This document shows positions 12,901 through 24,821 of a stretch of 64,000 bases of DNA, piece by piece. Below the pieces are notes generated by a model. It was not told where the DNA came from, searched no databases, and saw nothing but the letters and a program-made list of their open reading frames with translations. The DNA is from Dipteris shenzhenensis (lineage: Eukaryota). The stretch lies in NCBI GenBank assembly GCA_047967505.1, contig CM106538.1; one strand, given 5' to 3'. How positions within the stretch are numbered: the first letter of the stretch is position 1; every line of letters starts with the position of its first letter. Position numbers and translations under genes: made by a program.

Positions 12901-13250
12901 AATTAACATGCCCTCAAGAAAAACTTAGTGATGCCCATGATGCTATAACATGGCTTACCTCTCCACAGGCATGCCTTCAACATACAATAAACAAAGCCTT
13001 AAGAATATTGTAGTATTCAGAGTGTTCCATGAATTGAAAGTGGATGAAGTGCCAAGGAGAAGCCGGCATGATTGTAAGAAAATTAAAGGAGTTCGTGGTC
13101 GACATAGCATATGGGGATTTTCAAACAACCAAACTAATTAAAACAAGAAAATTTTCTTGTTTCTGCAGTGCGTGGAGAGTGCGTGCATCATAGGGAATCA
13201 TGATAATTTTGAGAACATTGCAACTGTGAGGACATGGGAGCGAGTTTAAG
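9972..13250 (+). pseudogene. Sola2-like DDD transposase remnant
   Basis: Across frameshifts: VSPNRKD, SIVDFANNYSFQEQDEIQSAHW (about 12420-12486), WLWSDGAASQFK (about 12723), FEFSHGKVEHDG*GAIIK (about 12830-12880). These match the DFxENY / SDG..QYK / HGKG..DG pattern I recall for Sola2. Confidence 0.6.
10815..11630. repeat. Degenerate tandem/dispersed repeats of about 34 bp inside the Sola-like element, probably intronic
   Basis: Recurrent attgtgactgtcctaaaccagcccggtggttgaa-like units, clearest at 11420-11630. Confidence 0.75.
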
Positions 13251-13581
13251 TTTTTCCTCTATGTTCAGATGGAGTAACAAACAATGGACAAACAAACAAC
13301 TCACCACCAAAACAACACAATCCATCCATAGATGCATTTTTAAAAGCGTATAGATGTGCTATTAGACCTTGTAATAGATGATCTATAGATTTTTTTGAAA
13401 AATAAAGACGCACTAATAGACACGCTTATAGAAGCTCTGCAAGATTATTATTTTTTAATGGAATGCTCTATGGTTTGCAAGAATCTCATTTCTAGTGTGC
13501 AATGCAATTCTTACAGCCAACAGCATTTTAATTTGCACAATTCCATGCACGTCTATAGATGATGATTACAATTACGAAAAC

Positions 13582-14415
13582 TGTGATAGTGACTATGCCA
13601 GAGATCATGAGACCAGGAGATCGACATAGGGATATGCGTTTTTCCTTGGTCAAGGTGCTATATCATGGTTGTCAAACAAACAGCCAACTGTTTCTTTGTC
13701 TTCGGCTGAAGCAAAATATAGAGCACTCACTATAGGTGCATGTGAGGCTATATGGCTCAGAAGACTATTGTCAGAAACAGATTATTGTGATGAGTCAAAG
13801 CCAACAACAATATACTGTGATAATCAATCAACTCAAGCATTGGCCAAAAATCCAGTATATCACTCCACTCCAGGAAAAAGCACATTGATGTCAGAGAGCA
13901 CTTCATCAGAGAAAGAGTGTTACTTGGTGACATAACACTGTAGCATTGTGATAGCAAAGAGAATGTTGCAGACATCTTTACCAAACCACTCGGTAAAGAG
14001 CTATTTGAGAAACACCGACTAGCTCTTGGTTTGACACAGAGGAAGGACATTCCCATCAAAGGGGTGTGATGGAATGTAATGCTTAGTCCTTCTTCAATTC
14101 CCCAGAATCATCATCTTGAGGGAAGGCCTACTTCATGATGTTGATCTTGAGGGAAGGTGTTGAGAGTTCACACTCAACATCATGTGATCATGTGTGCATA
14201 GCACCATCACGTGATCATATGTGCATAGCACTAACCTTATAGAGTGCTATAAAGGAAAGGGTTAGATCCCCTAACCCTAACCCTAAATTGGTTTGTATAT
14301 ATTCTACTTTTTCAACTAAATCTAGTGTACAGTTAGTCATTTGTGGTGTGCTCTCTAGCTATGCCCTCTCTCCTCATCTCCACTCTTCTCCTCTCCCCTC
14401 TTCATATTTTGTCAT
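13582..14415 (+). mobile_element. Ty1/copia 3' fragment: RNase H, PPT and start of 3' LTR (LTR from 14158)
   Basis: CDSDYARDHETRRST..KQPTVSLSSAEAKY..IYCDNQS..ADIFTKPL; gagggaagg|TGTTGAG. Homologous to the minus-strand copy at 52675-53440. Confidence 0.85.
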
Positions 14416-14438
14416 TTACTAGATCTCATGAGGTACCA

Positions 14439-14555
14439 ACAACTCCAGATCGAACTTATCTGATTTTCACTAGGTGGCTAGCCATCCATGGACTAGCTGT
14501 ACCTACAGTTTTTTTCCCAAGCTCTATATCAGCAATGCAATTCATTCAGCGATAA
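14439..14555 (+). pseudogene. psbF: Plastid psbF (cytochrome b559 beta) nuclear copy (NUPT)
   Basis: [38 protein letters not shown] against Psb[40 protein letters not shown]. It is preceded by tttactagatct, resembling the psbE C-terminal FTRS. Confidence 0.9.
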
Positions 14556-16968
14556 TCCCTATATAAACTTTTGGCTATCCGCAAGCTATCCTTGTGTACC
14601 CCTCGATGATCGGACGTTTCAACAATTGATACTATTCACTAATTGATTAGGATTCTACTTCCTTATTTGTATCTTCAATCGCTAAGAAATCATCAAGTTC
14701 TTCAAATGATATTTCATGAACAGAGAAATCGTATGCGAATTTTGAGCTGATTGTCTGTTGCTTTTGAGCGATTCACTACGTAGGGCGGGATGGGAATACA
14801 TAAATAATTGTCAGTTATAGAAATGGAAACACCACCAAATAGATGTATTATTAAACAATGCAATCACAACATTGAGAAATAATAGGTTTGGAAAGCACTC
14901 AATGTGAATATTTAATCATGAGAAATGAGGAATTTCACCAAATCCCAGGCTAGGTGATAAATAAAAGACAGGTTCAATGCTTCAACACCCCGAGAAGCAT
15001 GTTTGGTTTAAAACCAAGCTTTATAGCTTTTTTTCTAGTGCGGTGGAACCAGCATATTCCTTAGAATTTGTATATAGATGTTATATACCTCATTGGGGGG
15101 AACACAAGTATAGCTTGTGAATGCCCTTGTAATATTTGGCAAAAATCCCTTCCCCATTTTTGTTTTTCTCAATGAGAACAATTTGTTTTTTTTTCAGAGG
15201 CTAGCCGGCTCGGTTTGCTGAGGGCATGCATGCAATGATGGGAGTGAAATGGGTGAAATTTACAAAGTTGTAACGAGGGAAGAGAAATAATTTTCTTTTT
15301 ATACCCCCAAGGGAAAGAAAGGGATAAGTGTTATGAACTAACTAGAGGGGGAGTAAATCGGAAATGAGCAAATATGCAACTTGCGGAGTGGTAGCAGAAC
15401 GCTACGCGGAGGCTACGCAGGTCCATCGGTGACCTGCTGAGGCTAGCCCGGCTATCACTCTTCTTTGGCGGGCATTGATAGTTTTGAGATCTGTGAATTG
15501 TGTGATTGATTTAGTGAGTTGATTGATAGCAATAGCGCCGGCTCTTCCCTTACTAATACATGTGCTCCTCCACCATTTTCGGGTCTGGTATCTAAGTCTG
15601 CGCAATCCCCACTCCACGTATGGTTGCCCGATGTGACGAAGGTGTACAGTTTGGAAAGAGACTCTTCCCGAATACTCATTGATTAGGGGAGTAAAGGGTC
15701 TACTTCAACCAAGATACCTCTAGGTACGAGTGACCCCGCGGGGTCCCATCCCCAATCGAATTATTAGGATCTTCCCCACACCATATCCCTGGAATACAGC
15801 CACAGTAAAGATGCTGAAGACTTTCCCACACTTCTTTCAGCACTTTCAACTCTGTAGGTTGTAGTTTTGAAATCTCCAATCCACAACATCAATTCTTTTC
15901 GCAAACTCATGCTATACATAACATGTTAGTTGAAATCTTTAATGGACTAATGGGTGCAATTAAGGGGCACCCATGACTTTTGAGACCAAGACCAGCTAGC
16001 TATACTAAAAAACCATAGCACCGCATCAAAGCAACCCAATTTATTTGCCATCAAGCATACAAATTAAAGTGAAATTTTGAGTGTGATTTTGATGGGGGAC
16101 CTTGCAGTACAATGCATGCACTACTGGTTGGGTGTGGTGCTATTTTGCAACCATCTTGCCGAACTCAAATGTAAGAGCGACCTCTTTCCAACCAAGCTAG
16201 AATGTGGTCTATAGGATTTGCTAGCATGTCTGGATTAGCTTCTTTGTTCCTTTTTTTGGCTCTACTTCCATGGGTCCTAGTATCACTCTAGATATTGAAG
16301 GTCAAACTTCAATGCAATGTAGTTTCCTTAACATTCTCAAATGTCATGTCAAGTTTCCAAGGGGTTGCCAAGAAGTTTGATTCAAGACTTAAGGTGTCAA
16401 TTTGTCTTTCCCCCCCTCCTTTCTAACGTATACTTCTTGTCATCTTACCCACATTGACTCCTTCTGGTTCGCATGAGCCCTACTTCACCCCTAGAAGTTG
16501 GAGGAGGCAGAGATAGAGGAAAGGCTAGTCCTAGAACAACATGCTGACTGCAACACCCCTAGCACAACTCACAAGGGAACAACCCTAGCACAACTCACAC
16601 CATCCTTAGGTTGCCTTATCCAACGATGGCTTTCTGAAATAGCACAACATATGAGATGGTGCTTCTGGGCAGCATAATTCAAAAATAATGAATAGGGTGT
16701 TCTAATATGCCTTCTATTTTGAATGTACTTTTCCATGTCCATGTGAGTGGTGTGTGTAAGATATATGCATTTCTTGGACTGCAATACGAGTACGAGAATG
16801 ATTGCCTATTGACATTTAGGTAATATGTCAGTGACTTATCAATCCACTACTTTCCAATCAAGACTTTTTTGAGACTGTAATTACAAAACACTCTTAAAAG
16901 TGATGCCCAAGGAAGGATCCATTCCCTCAAATTATAATTCTTTGGGGAAGGAAGGCGCCGCTTGCCCA

Positions 16969-17009
16969 CCCAGACTATGCGTGGTTATAAAAATTATATT
17001 ATATATTAT
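16969..17009 (+). mobile_element. Probable resumption and 3' end of the copia LTR interrupted at 14415
   Basis: actatgcgtggttataaaaattatattatatattatCA matches the end of the sister LTR (reverse complement of 52675-52712: cactgtgtggttataataattatattatattgcCA). Confidence 0.55.
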
Positions 17010-17173
17010 CATCATTTTTAGGAAATGTCCAAGTCTTTGTCCTCTTTTCGTTTTCACCATATATTTGCTCAATCTAAAAGTTGTTGGCCTAATATCCCCA
17101 GGGGCCTGTAAACGAGGGATAACATGTATCAATGTATGAAAATTCAAATCTTTATTTACAACATTAACATTTT

Positions 17174-18350
17174 TTAAGTACTTTTAAATACCTGCAAGGG
17201 TGCTCTAGTAGCCCAGATATACTGCTCCTCAGTAATCAACCCCATGTCATAGAAGTGCCTCCAAGTATGTTGTCTGCGATGTCCATGATGGTATGCTATC
17301 TCGGTAAGAGTAGGGTGTTTGCCCACGATATCAAGCTGCAAGATGACACAATTTGTAGAGGGGTTAGTACAAAAGAGCAACCTCCTAATAAACCACATAA
17401 ACACAATATAATTTGAGATCAATGCTCAAACATTGGGCCCCCCATGACGCAATACCCCTTACTCCAAAATGCATGTTTCCATATCACTCCATCTAGATGT
17501 CGTGCCTTCAGTGCTGCTAACTAGGGTTCACTTTTGCTGCCTTCATCGCTTTCTTCTACTCACGCTTATGAGCGGTGTGTGGCTGGCCCCTTGGTAGTTG
17601 TCCTCCCTCTCTCCTGTCAATCTCGACTAGTGCCTGCCTCTTAAGCAAAGACCTCTTATTGGCAAGGACAGTGGTAATCTTTGTATTTGCCCATTTTTCA
17701 GTGAACTCAACACATTCTGGATTGGGATATCTCCTATGTATAGTCTTGATGGTATCTTCAACCAAACCTTTTTTCTGCTCTTTGAATGGAATAAAGCAAT
17801 CTCTGTAGTTGTTATGAACTACAAAGTGCATAAAGGACATGACGTCCTTTCCCTGTGCATCCTGCAAGATGCCGCCCGTCTCAATGATATCATAGTAGAT
17901 TGTACCATCACTCTTGGCACGTCTACATCTGCATCATCCTCCCCCCCACCCCCAGTGCTATCCCCAAAGCACTGTGCCATGCATCTTGTACTAGAGCTCT
18001 CCCAACTACTATGCATGTTGCCATGTCATGATGAGCCACTGAGATGGGCACTTACCTCTAGAGAAGGGGCTCAAAATTGCATGGGAGTAGGCCCTAGTAG
18101 CTCTGCGATCTATAAGGGACTCTTGACCATAGGGGAGAAGGGACTCCTGACCACAAGGGAGAAGGTTGGCAACTCTGCCGCCTACTGGGTTATCTTGACT
18201 CCATAGGAGTAATCTCAGGTGGTGTGGGTATGGGGTGGTTTGGAGTCTCTACTCTTGAATCATGAGGGGTGTTTTGAGTGCTCATCATGTATGTATATAA
18301 CTCTTGTGGAGTGGGAGGGTGTCCCAAAATGCTGCTATAAGAAGGCATCT
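17174..18350 (-). pseudogene. Fragmented ORF, possibly a CACTA TnpA/ORF2-like protein
   Basis: Broken minus-strand reading frames with a P/S-rich N-terminus, EFTEKWANTKITTVLANKRSLLKR and a H..SKGY-like segment. The family call is tentative. Confidence 0.35.
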
Positions 18351-18389
18351 CGAGGGTCAAGCAAAGGAGCTTCCTAGCCACATGATGAA

Positions 18390-18730
18390 CTACAAAGAAG
18401 AAGAAAAGAAGATTAGAAGAGAAGGAAAGAAAAGAAATAAAAGTGAAAAGAGAAAAGAGAAAATAGAAAGAAGACAAGAACATAAGAACATAAGAAGGGC
18501 AAAGATTAGAAGATTAGAAGAAGATTAGAAGAAGATTAGAAGAGAAGGAAAGAGAAGAATAAAAGAGAAAAGAGAAAAGAGAAAGAACATAAGAACATAA
18601 GAAGAGAAGAGAAGAAAAGAGAAAAGAGGAAAGAGAATAGAATAAAAGTAAGAAGAGAAAGAAGAGAAGAGAAGAAAGAAAGAAGATAAGAACATGAGAA
18701 GAGCAAAGATGAAAAGAGAAAAGAGAAATC
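18390..18730. repeat. AG-rich low-complexity tract
   Basis: Nearly pure A/G, with repeated agaagatt, aagaacat and gaaaaga units. Confidence 0.9.
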
Positions 18731-18906
18731 CCTCATGCAGTCCTTTATTCCCTATTTCCCTATCGCGCCCTCATGCTTTATCCCATTTTCCCTCGCGGCA
18801 ATCCCTTATTTCCATCATGCATGCCCTCTTTCCATACTTGGAAACTTCACAGATTAGCTACCACACTCACCACCATAACAAGACAAAGCAACAAAGTTGT
18901 GCAACC

Positions 18907-20760
18907 CATGGTGAAGTTTTATGATATGTCTATGGAGGAATGCAATGGTCAACTGAAGATTGTACTAAAACTTGATGAAAGTGAGGTGGTCAAAGGTCAA
19001 AATTTAGAAAGAGTTAGTTTGATGATGATGAATAGAATACTGGACCTTGAAGTTGAGCTTGATCATGCAAGACAATTCAGTTAGAACCAAAGAATTGGTG
19101 GTTGGCTACCTTTGAAGTATCACGAAAATTTGAATTTTAATGCGGTAATGTAAAAAGACTTAGAATATTTTGAAATAATATGTGAGTTTTTTTTGCAGGT
19201 GCCAAGAGAGTCACATCCAATTTTGAAGTGGTTTTTTGACCAAACCGATGTCCCAAGTGTGATCAAAGGTCATAACAATGGCACTGAGTTGCTTGAAGTT
19301 GAGGGCTATGGATCCTACCGTGAATGGCATCTATATGTGCTTACCTCGATACTATTAAATGTATGTTTAATGTGGCACATGGAGCAAATACAATCCATCC
19401 TTGTCCATTGTGCATGCAAACGAGAGTATCTACAAAGGGTGGTAAAAAGAGTCAAAAGGAATGGTCTTCTAAACTTGCAGAAATAGATCAAACTAAGGCA
19501 CCCGATAGGGATGTTCCAGGGAAAGATCCATTATTGAGCCCAATTCTTGAAATTCCTCTTGAGAGTATACACATTTGTGTGCTTCAAGCTATTGTGCGAA
19601 TAATTGAAAAGTTGGTGCATCTTTTCATCATTAATACATATAACTTGAAGCCCCAACAAGAATTGAAAAGGTTCTTTCAAATATGAGACTACACTCTTGG
19701 CAAGTAAAGATTACAAAAGATGAGAAAAGATCTGGAAAAACAGGCAATGTTCCTTGTAAGCCAAGCTTTGATGGTTTCAAGGCTTTAAAATGCCTTTCTA
19801 CAAAAAAGACGAACGACAAGCTCAAACGTACTAAAGATTTTGATGTATGGAGAAAGCTACACAATGCCTATTGTGAACGAGGGAGGGGAAAAAAGATTGG
19901 AAAAGGCTCGAGTGTGATTAGCTATTGATAGCTTGGTACCTTTAATACAAAAGAAAAGGTTCGAAGATGATGATGAACAATGTTTCATCAATGTTGTGGA
20001 TGACTTTAGCCGGAATATGGAGATAGCTTGGGGAAAGAATCATTTCACACAATACATGGTAATCTCTAACTTGGACATTGAGATGTGCATACTGAATGGT
20101 CCTATAATTACTAATTTGTTTTTCTATTTGGCAGAACATTTTATATGCTCATGCACCATACATGGCATGAAATTGTGGAAGCATCAAAGTGTGGTCCACT
20201 CAGGGCATGGAAAAGATTGCATTGGCAAGCACCTTGTGCATATAAAAGAGTCACCCATCATGGGGGTGGTAGAACTAAGTCAAGCCTAAAATAGGAGTAA
20301 CTGCAACACTATCACTCAAAGAGTCCTTAGTGTCCCATGCAGTGCAAGATGTTAACGTGAAATGTTGAAGAAGAATATACAACTCATCAAATGCAAGATA
20401 GAATCATGCAAGGTGGCTCGAGGGGGTCACTATGTATAAACCCTCAATATCACGTGCGTTCAAGGCCTATTTGTAAAATCCCTTATCTGTAATTTTTCCA
20501 TTAATAAAATGTACCCTTTTTCTATATAAATCTGTAAAATTTTCCCAAAATCATTTTATAAACTCCCTTATGTAAATTAATTTCTGTAAAATTTAGATAT
20601 TAAAAATATCCTTCTGTTGAACTCACGTGACAGGGTTACATATGATGAATGACCCCCCCGAGCAAGGTGGCATGCAATCTGTCATAGACAAGGGCGCATA
20701 TGGGTGGAGATAGATGAAAATGATGGTGTAGCCGCTTCCAATGTGGATGCCCATGCATAA
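18907..20760 (+). pseudogene. RAG1/Transib-like transposase, 5'-truncated (copy 2)
   Basis: Colinear with 2305-3857 with the same two introns. Retains LEIPLESIHICVLQAIVRIIEKLV and NILYAHAPYMA*NCGSIKVWSTQGMEK (E near 20210), then HWQA..YKRVTHHGGG after a frameshift. Confidence 0.75.
20417..20662. mobile_element. MITE, 246 bp, G-rich TIRs, 8-bp (or 10-bp) TSD
   Basis: Ends ctcgagggggtca ... tgacccccccgag; subterminal inverted tcacgtg.gttcaa; flanked by caaggtgg on both sides. The empty site is seen in copy 1 near 3752. Confidence 0.9.
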
Positions 20761-23700
20761 GTTTCAAAATTTCTTTGTAATTCTAGTTATGTGATTTTCA
20801 GTAAAGCCAATGTATAATGGCCATGAATTGCAGTACAAATAAAATTATTGAGTTATTGGATGTTAATTATAAGTATTTAGCTGAAGGTTGCACCAAATTT
20901 TTTTTTAAGAGTTTTTAATAAAAAAGATATTTTTAAAAATTAGGGCTTTGGGCCCTATATAAAAGAATAGGCCCTCATTTTCATTTCATTGTTTGAAGAC
21001 CTCTCTACTCCCACACCACTTACACTTGGCCCTGACATTTCCACCCTTTCTCACGCACCCTCACCCTTTCTCTCACACACTCTCTCCATACTCCATGGCC
21101 AATCCAAAGATCAAGGCACCAAAGAGATTGGCAGAGCAAAACCCACCTCGAGACTCGGAGACAAGTCTAGTGATAGCCCCCCTTCCTCTACCCCCAAAGA
21201 TCCCCATTGAAGGGAGAAAATGCTATTCTGGGGGACAAATAGGGAGCAAGGGGTAGGGCCACAGACAGAGGGATAGAGGAAATCACAAGAGGATCATGAT
21301 GCAGAGACCGATGACTTAGAAAGCACAGAGGATGAGCATGAGGAAGAGCAACCTGTTAAATTACACGGTGCAATAGAACAGAAACTAAACAAAGAATATA
21401 AAGTACACATCAAACTAGAGAGGAAAAAACTTTTCCTTCAATATTGATGTAGTACAGATGATGGCTCCATCCACCCGTACACTCCCACAGTGGAGCTTAG
21501 ATGGCAATCTAGACAGATACTAGGGGAAGAGCTACTAGCTAGAAGATCTAATATGATCTGAACTGATCTGATCCAATGGACTGGGGAGGTCGCCTCTTTA
21601 TAGCTATGAGGGTGGTAGTCAGATCAACATAGTCGGTGGAGTCGACCAGTCGACCTAGTCAGTGGAGTCGACCAATCAACCTAGTCGGTGGAACCGACTA
21701 GTCGTCCATGGAACATTCAAGGAATATTCCCTATACTGTCGCCTCCGGGGCTCCCGCCCCTGAACCCCCACCAAGGGGGCTGCTGGCTCCCAGGCCCTAG
21801 AAAGAATAAGGGGCTCCCACACAATCACCTTTCTACCATCAATAGTCTCATTGATAGAACTCATCTGACATGCAAGTTAGGATCCCAAGTCAAGATCCAT
21901 CTAGTGTCCCGGGCTCACACATAGCTTCTCCTTATATGGGGGCCTTACAACTTGAGCACCTTGGACCACTGGTGGTTACCAGGAGGGTGAGGCATTGAGC
22001 ACATCTAACACCCCCCCTCAATGTCCACCCGTAGGTGAACTACCTTCTCCGCCCAATGCCAAGTCTCTGAAGATGACCCTGAAGCTGATTCTTCTCGAGT
22101 GCCTTGGTGAAGATATCTGCTCCATTTTGCTCTATTGGACAGTAGACCAATTCCACTGTATCATGGACATAGTGATACTGAATCTCTATATGTTTTGTGT
22201 GCGCATGAAACACTGGATTTTTAGCAATGGCCATGCAACTTTGATTGTCGCACTTTAGCACAGTTGCCTCATCCTCTTGCACTCCCATGTGCCGTAAGAT
22301 CCCCCTCAGCCACACTGCTTCACATGCAGCAAAACATGTTGCCTTGTACTCAACCTCGGTAGAAGACAATGCCACTGTTGGTTGTTTCTTACTGATCCAA
22401 GAGAAGATACCTGAACCTAAAGAGAAACAATATCCAAAAACTGATTTCCTGGAATCAACATCTCCAGCCCAATCTGAGTCACAATGACCAGCCAAGGAAG
22501 TGCCTATACCATAGGTGATGCCATAATCAAGAGTGCCCTTCACATACCTGAGCACCCGCATCCCTACATTCCAATGATTCTCTCGGGGCTTATTGGAGAA
22601 CCTGCTCAAAATGCCAACAGTAAAACTAATGTCTAGTCTGGTGTTGCGCAGATAGATGAGACTGTCGACCAACTTCCTGTACCTCCCGATGTCTACTGGT
22701 GGTGAGGCATCCTCCATAGACAACCTTGCATTTACCTCCATAGGTGTAGCTATCTCCTTGCACTCGAACATACCAGATGCCTTCAAGATCTCCCTTGCAT
22801 ATTTTTGCTGAGAGATAAAGATCTTGCTTGGCTCTTACCAGACTTCAATCCCCAAACAGTAGTGCATCAAGCCTAAGACTATCACCTCAAACTCTATGCT
22901 CAACACCTTTCTAGTCTGCTGGATCATGTCTTTATAGTCACCTGTAATAAGGAGATCATCCACATATAGAACAATAATAGCAGTTTTTCCACCTTTCCTT
23001 GTTCTCAGAATGGGAGGCCTCAAACCCACGTGGCTGAGCCACGTACACCTCGTCCTTGAGGTCACCATTCAAGAATGCTGATTTAACATCCGTTTGATAA
23101 ACTGACCACATTTTATGAGCAGCCACCGATAGTACTGTGCGAATAGTGGTCATTCTGGCAGTCCGAGCGAAAGATTCCTGAAAATCAAACCCTTCAACCT
23201 CCAAAAATCCTTGTGCAACCAATATGGCTTTGTACTTTTCCAAAGTCCCATCGACCTTGTACTTTACCTTCCAAACCCACTTGGTGCCAATAACCTTTCT
23301 ATTAGGTAGTCAATCTACTAGCTCCCAAGTTTCATTCTTCATGATGCTGTCATATTCTACTTGCATAGCATTTTTCCAATCTCGGTCTGCAAGTGCTTCC
23401 TCCAAACTCGCAAGCTCCTTTACTTCTGCAATAGTCTCAACCATCAAGGCCATATTGACTATGTGAGCAGAAGCCCTCCTTTGCTCCTTGATTCTTTGAG
23501 ACCGCCTTGGTCCATCTGCATGCTGCTCAATAGACATAGGCATCTAGTTATCATGGTCGTAGAGCTGCCTTACCCATCACGACAATGGCTTTTTTGGTGG
23601 TCTAACAACAGGTTGGTGACTTATACCTTCATCATCTGATATTTCCTCCTCCTTTATAACTCTTGGGATAGGTCCATAGTGAATTACCTCTTCGCTTGAT

Positions 23701-24821
23701 GATAAAGTGGAAGAGCTCTTCTTTGCCTCCACTGCATGTGGCTGCTCCTTGAACACCACATCGCGGCTTGCTATGATCTTCGTTGCCTCTTAGTCATACA
23801 ACTTATAGGCTTTCTTCTCATCACAATAGCCTAAGAAGATACATTTGGTGCTTTTTGGTTGTATCTTGTTTCTCTCTTTGTCTGGTACATGCGCATAGCA
23901 TTCACACCCAAACGTTCTAAAGTGGGAGACAGATAGCTTCTTACCGCTGTAAGCCTCATGTGGTGTTTTACCTTTGAGTGTCTTTGTATAGCTGTGATTA
24001 AGGGTGTAAACCGCAGTATTGACAGCATCAGCCCAAAAGTGGTTTGGCAGTCTAGCACCTTTCAACATACACCTCCCCACCATCTCCACCATGGTCTGCA
24101 TTCGGCATTCAACAACCAAATTTTGCTGAGGCGTATGTGGTGTTATCGTTTGTCGCTTGATCCCTTTGCTCTTGCAAAAATCTCCAAACTCTATAGAAAC
24201 AAACTCACCACCACGATCCGATCTGATTTTCTTCACTTTTCTCCTTGTTTCATTTTCAACAAGCTGGAGCCATTCTTTAAATTTACCAAAAGCTTGAGCC
24301 TTTTCGCGAAGAAAGTACACCCACATCTTCCTACTATAGTCATCGGCAATCAATAAAAAATATGAAGATCCCCCCAAGGCCTGTGTAGGCATCTTATCCC
24401 ATAAGTCAACATGCACCAACTCTAGAGGAGCATTTGCTCTATTCTTGCTTTCTTGTGGGAATGCCTTTCTCTATTGCTTGCCCATCATGCAAGCTTCACA
24501 TGGTTCTTTGATTTCTGTGACTGCATGTAAGTGAGCAACCATACCTTGCTTCAACATCTCCTTCAGCATTGCAAATCCGATGTGGCCGAATCTTTCATGC
24601 CAAAGTCTACTTGTGCCCACTCCAGCGGTGGCTATAAGTGCACTTAGCTCATACAAGTTGTTCCTCCTTACTCTTGTGCCAACAAGATTGCATGCACTAT
24701 CGATAATTTTTGCTCCTGTCTTGTTGAACCTCACCTCATGGTCAAGGTCAGTTATGGAGGCAACTGATAGCAAATTTCTCTTGATTTGTAGTACATACAG
24801 CACATTAGATAGTTTCTTAAC

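Noticed and set aside
13581-13591. TAGTG resembling a CACTA right terminus
   Set aside because: It lies within tgt gat agt gac tat gcc, the copia RNase H CDSDYA codons, and no partner TIR was found.
14269-14288. Telomere-like ccctaa repeats (also near 44320)
   Set aside because: Only 2-3 units within TE sequence; not an interstitial telomere array.
14343-14555. 70-aa transit-peptide-like fusion to PsbF as a functional nuclear gene
   Set aside because: The ORF starts at GTG in LTR sequence and the psbF part has a codon deletion and substitutions; there is no evidence of expression.
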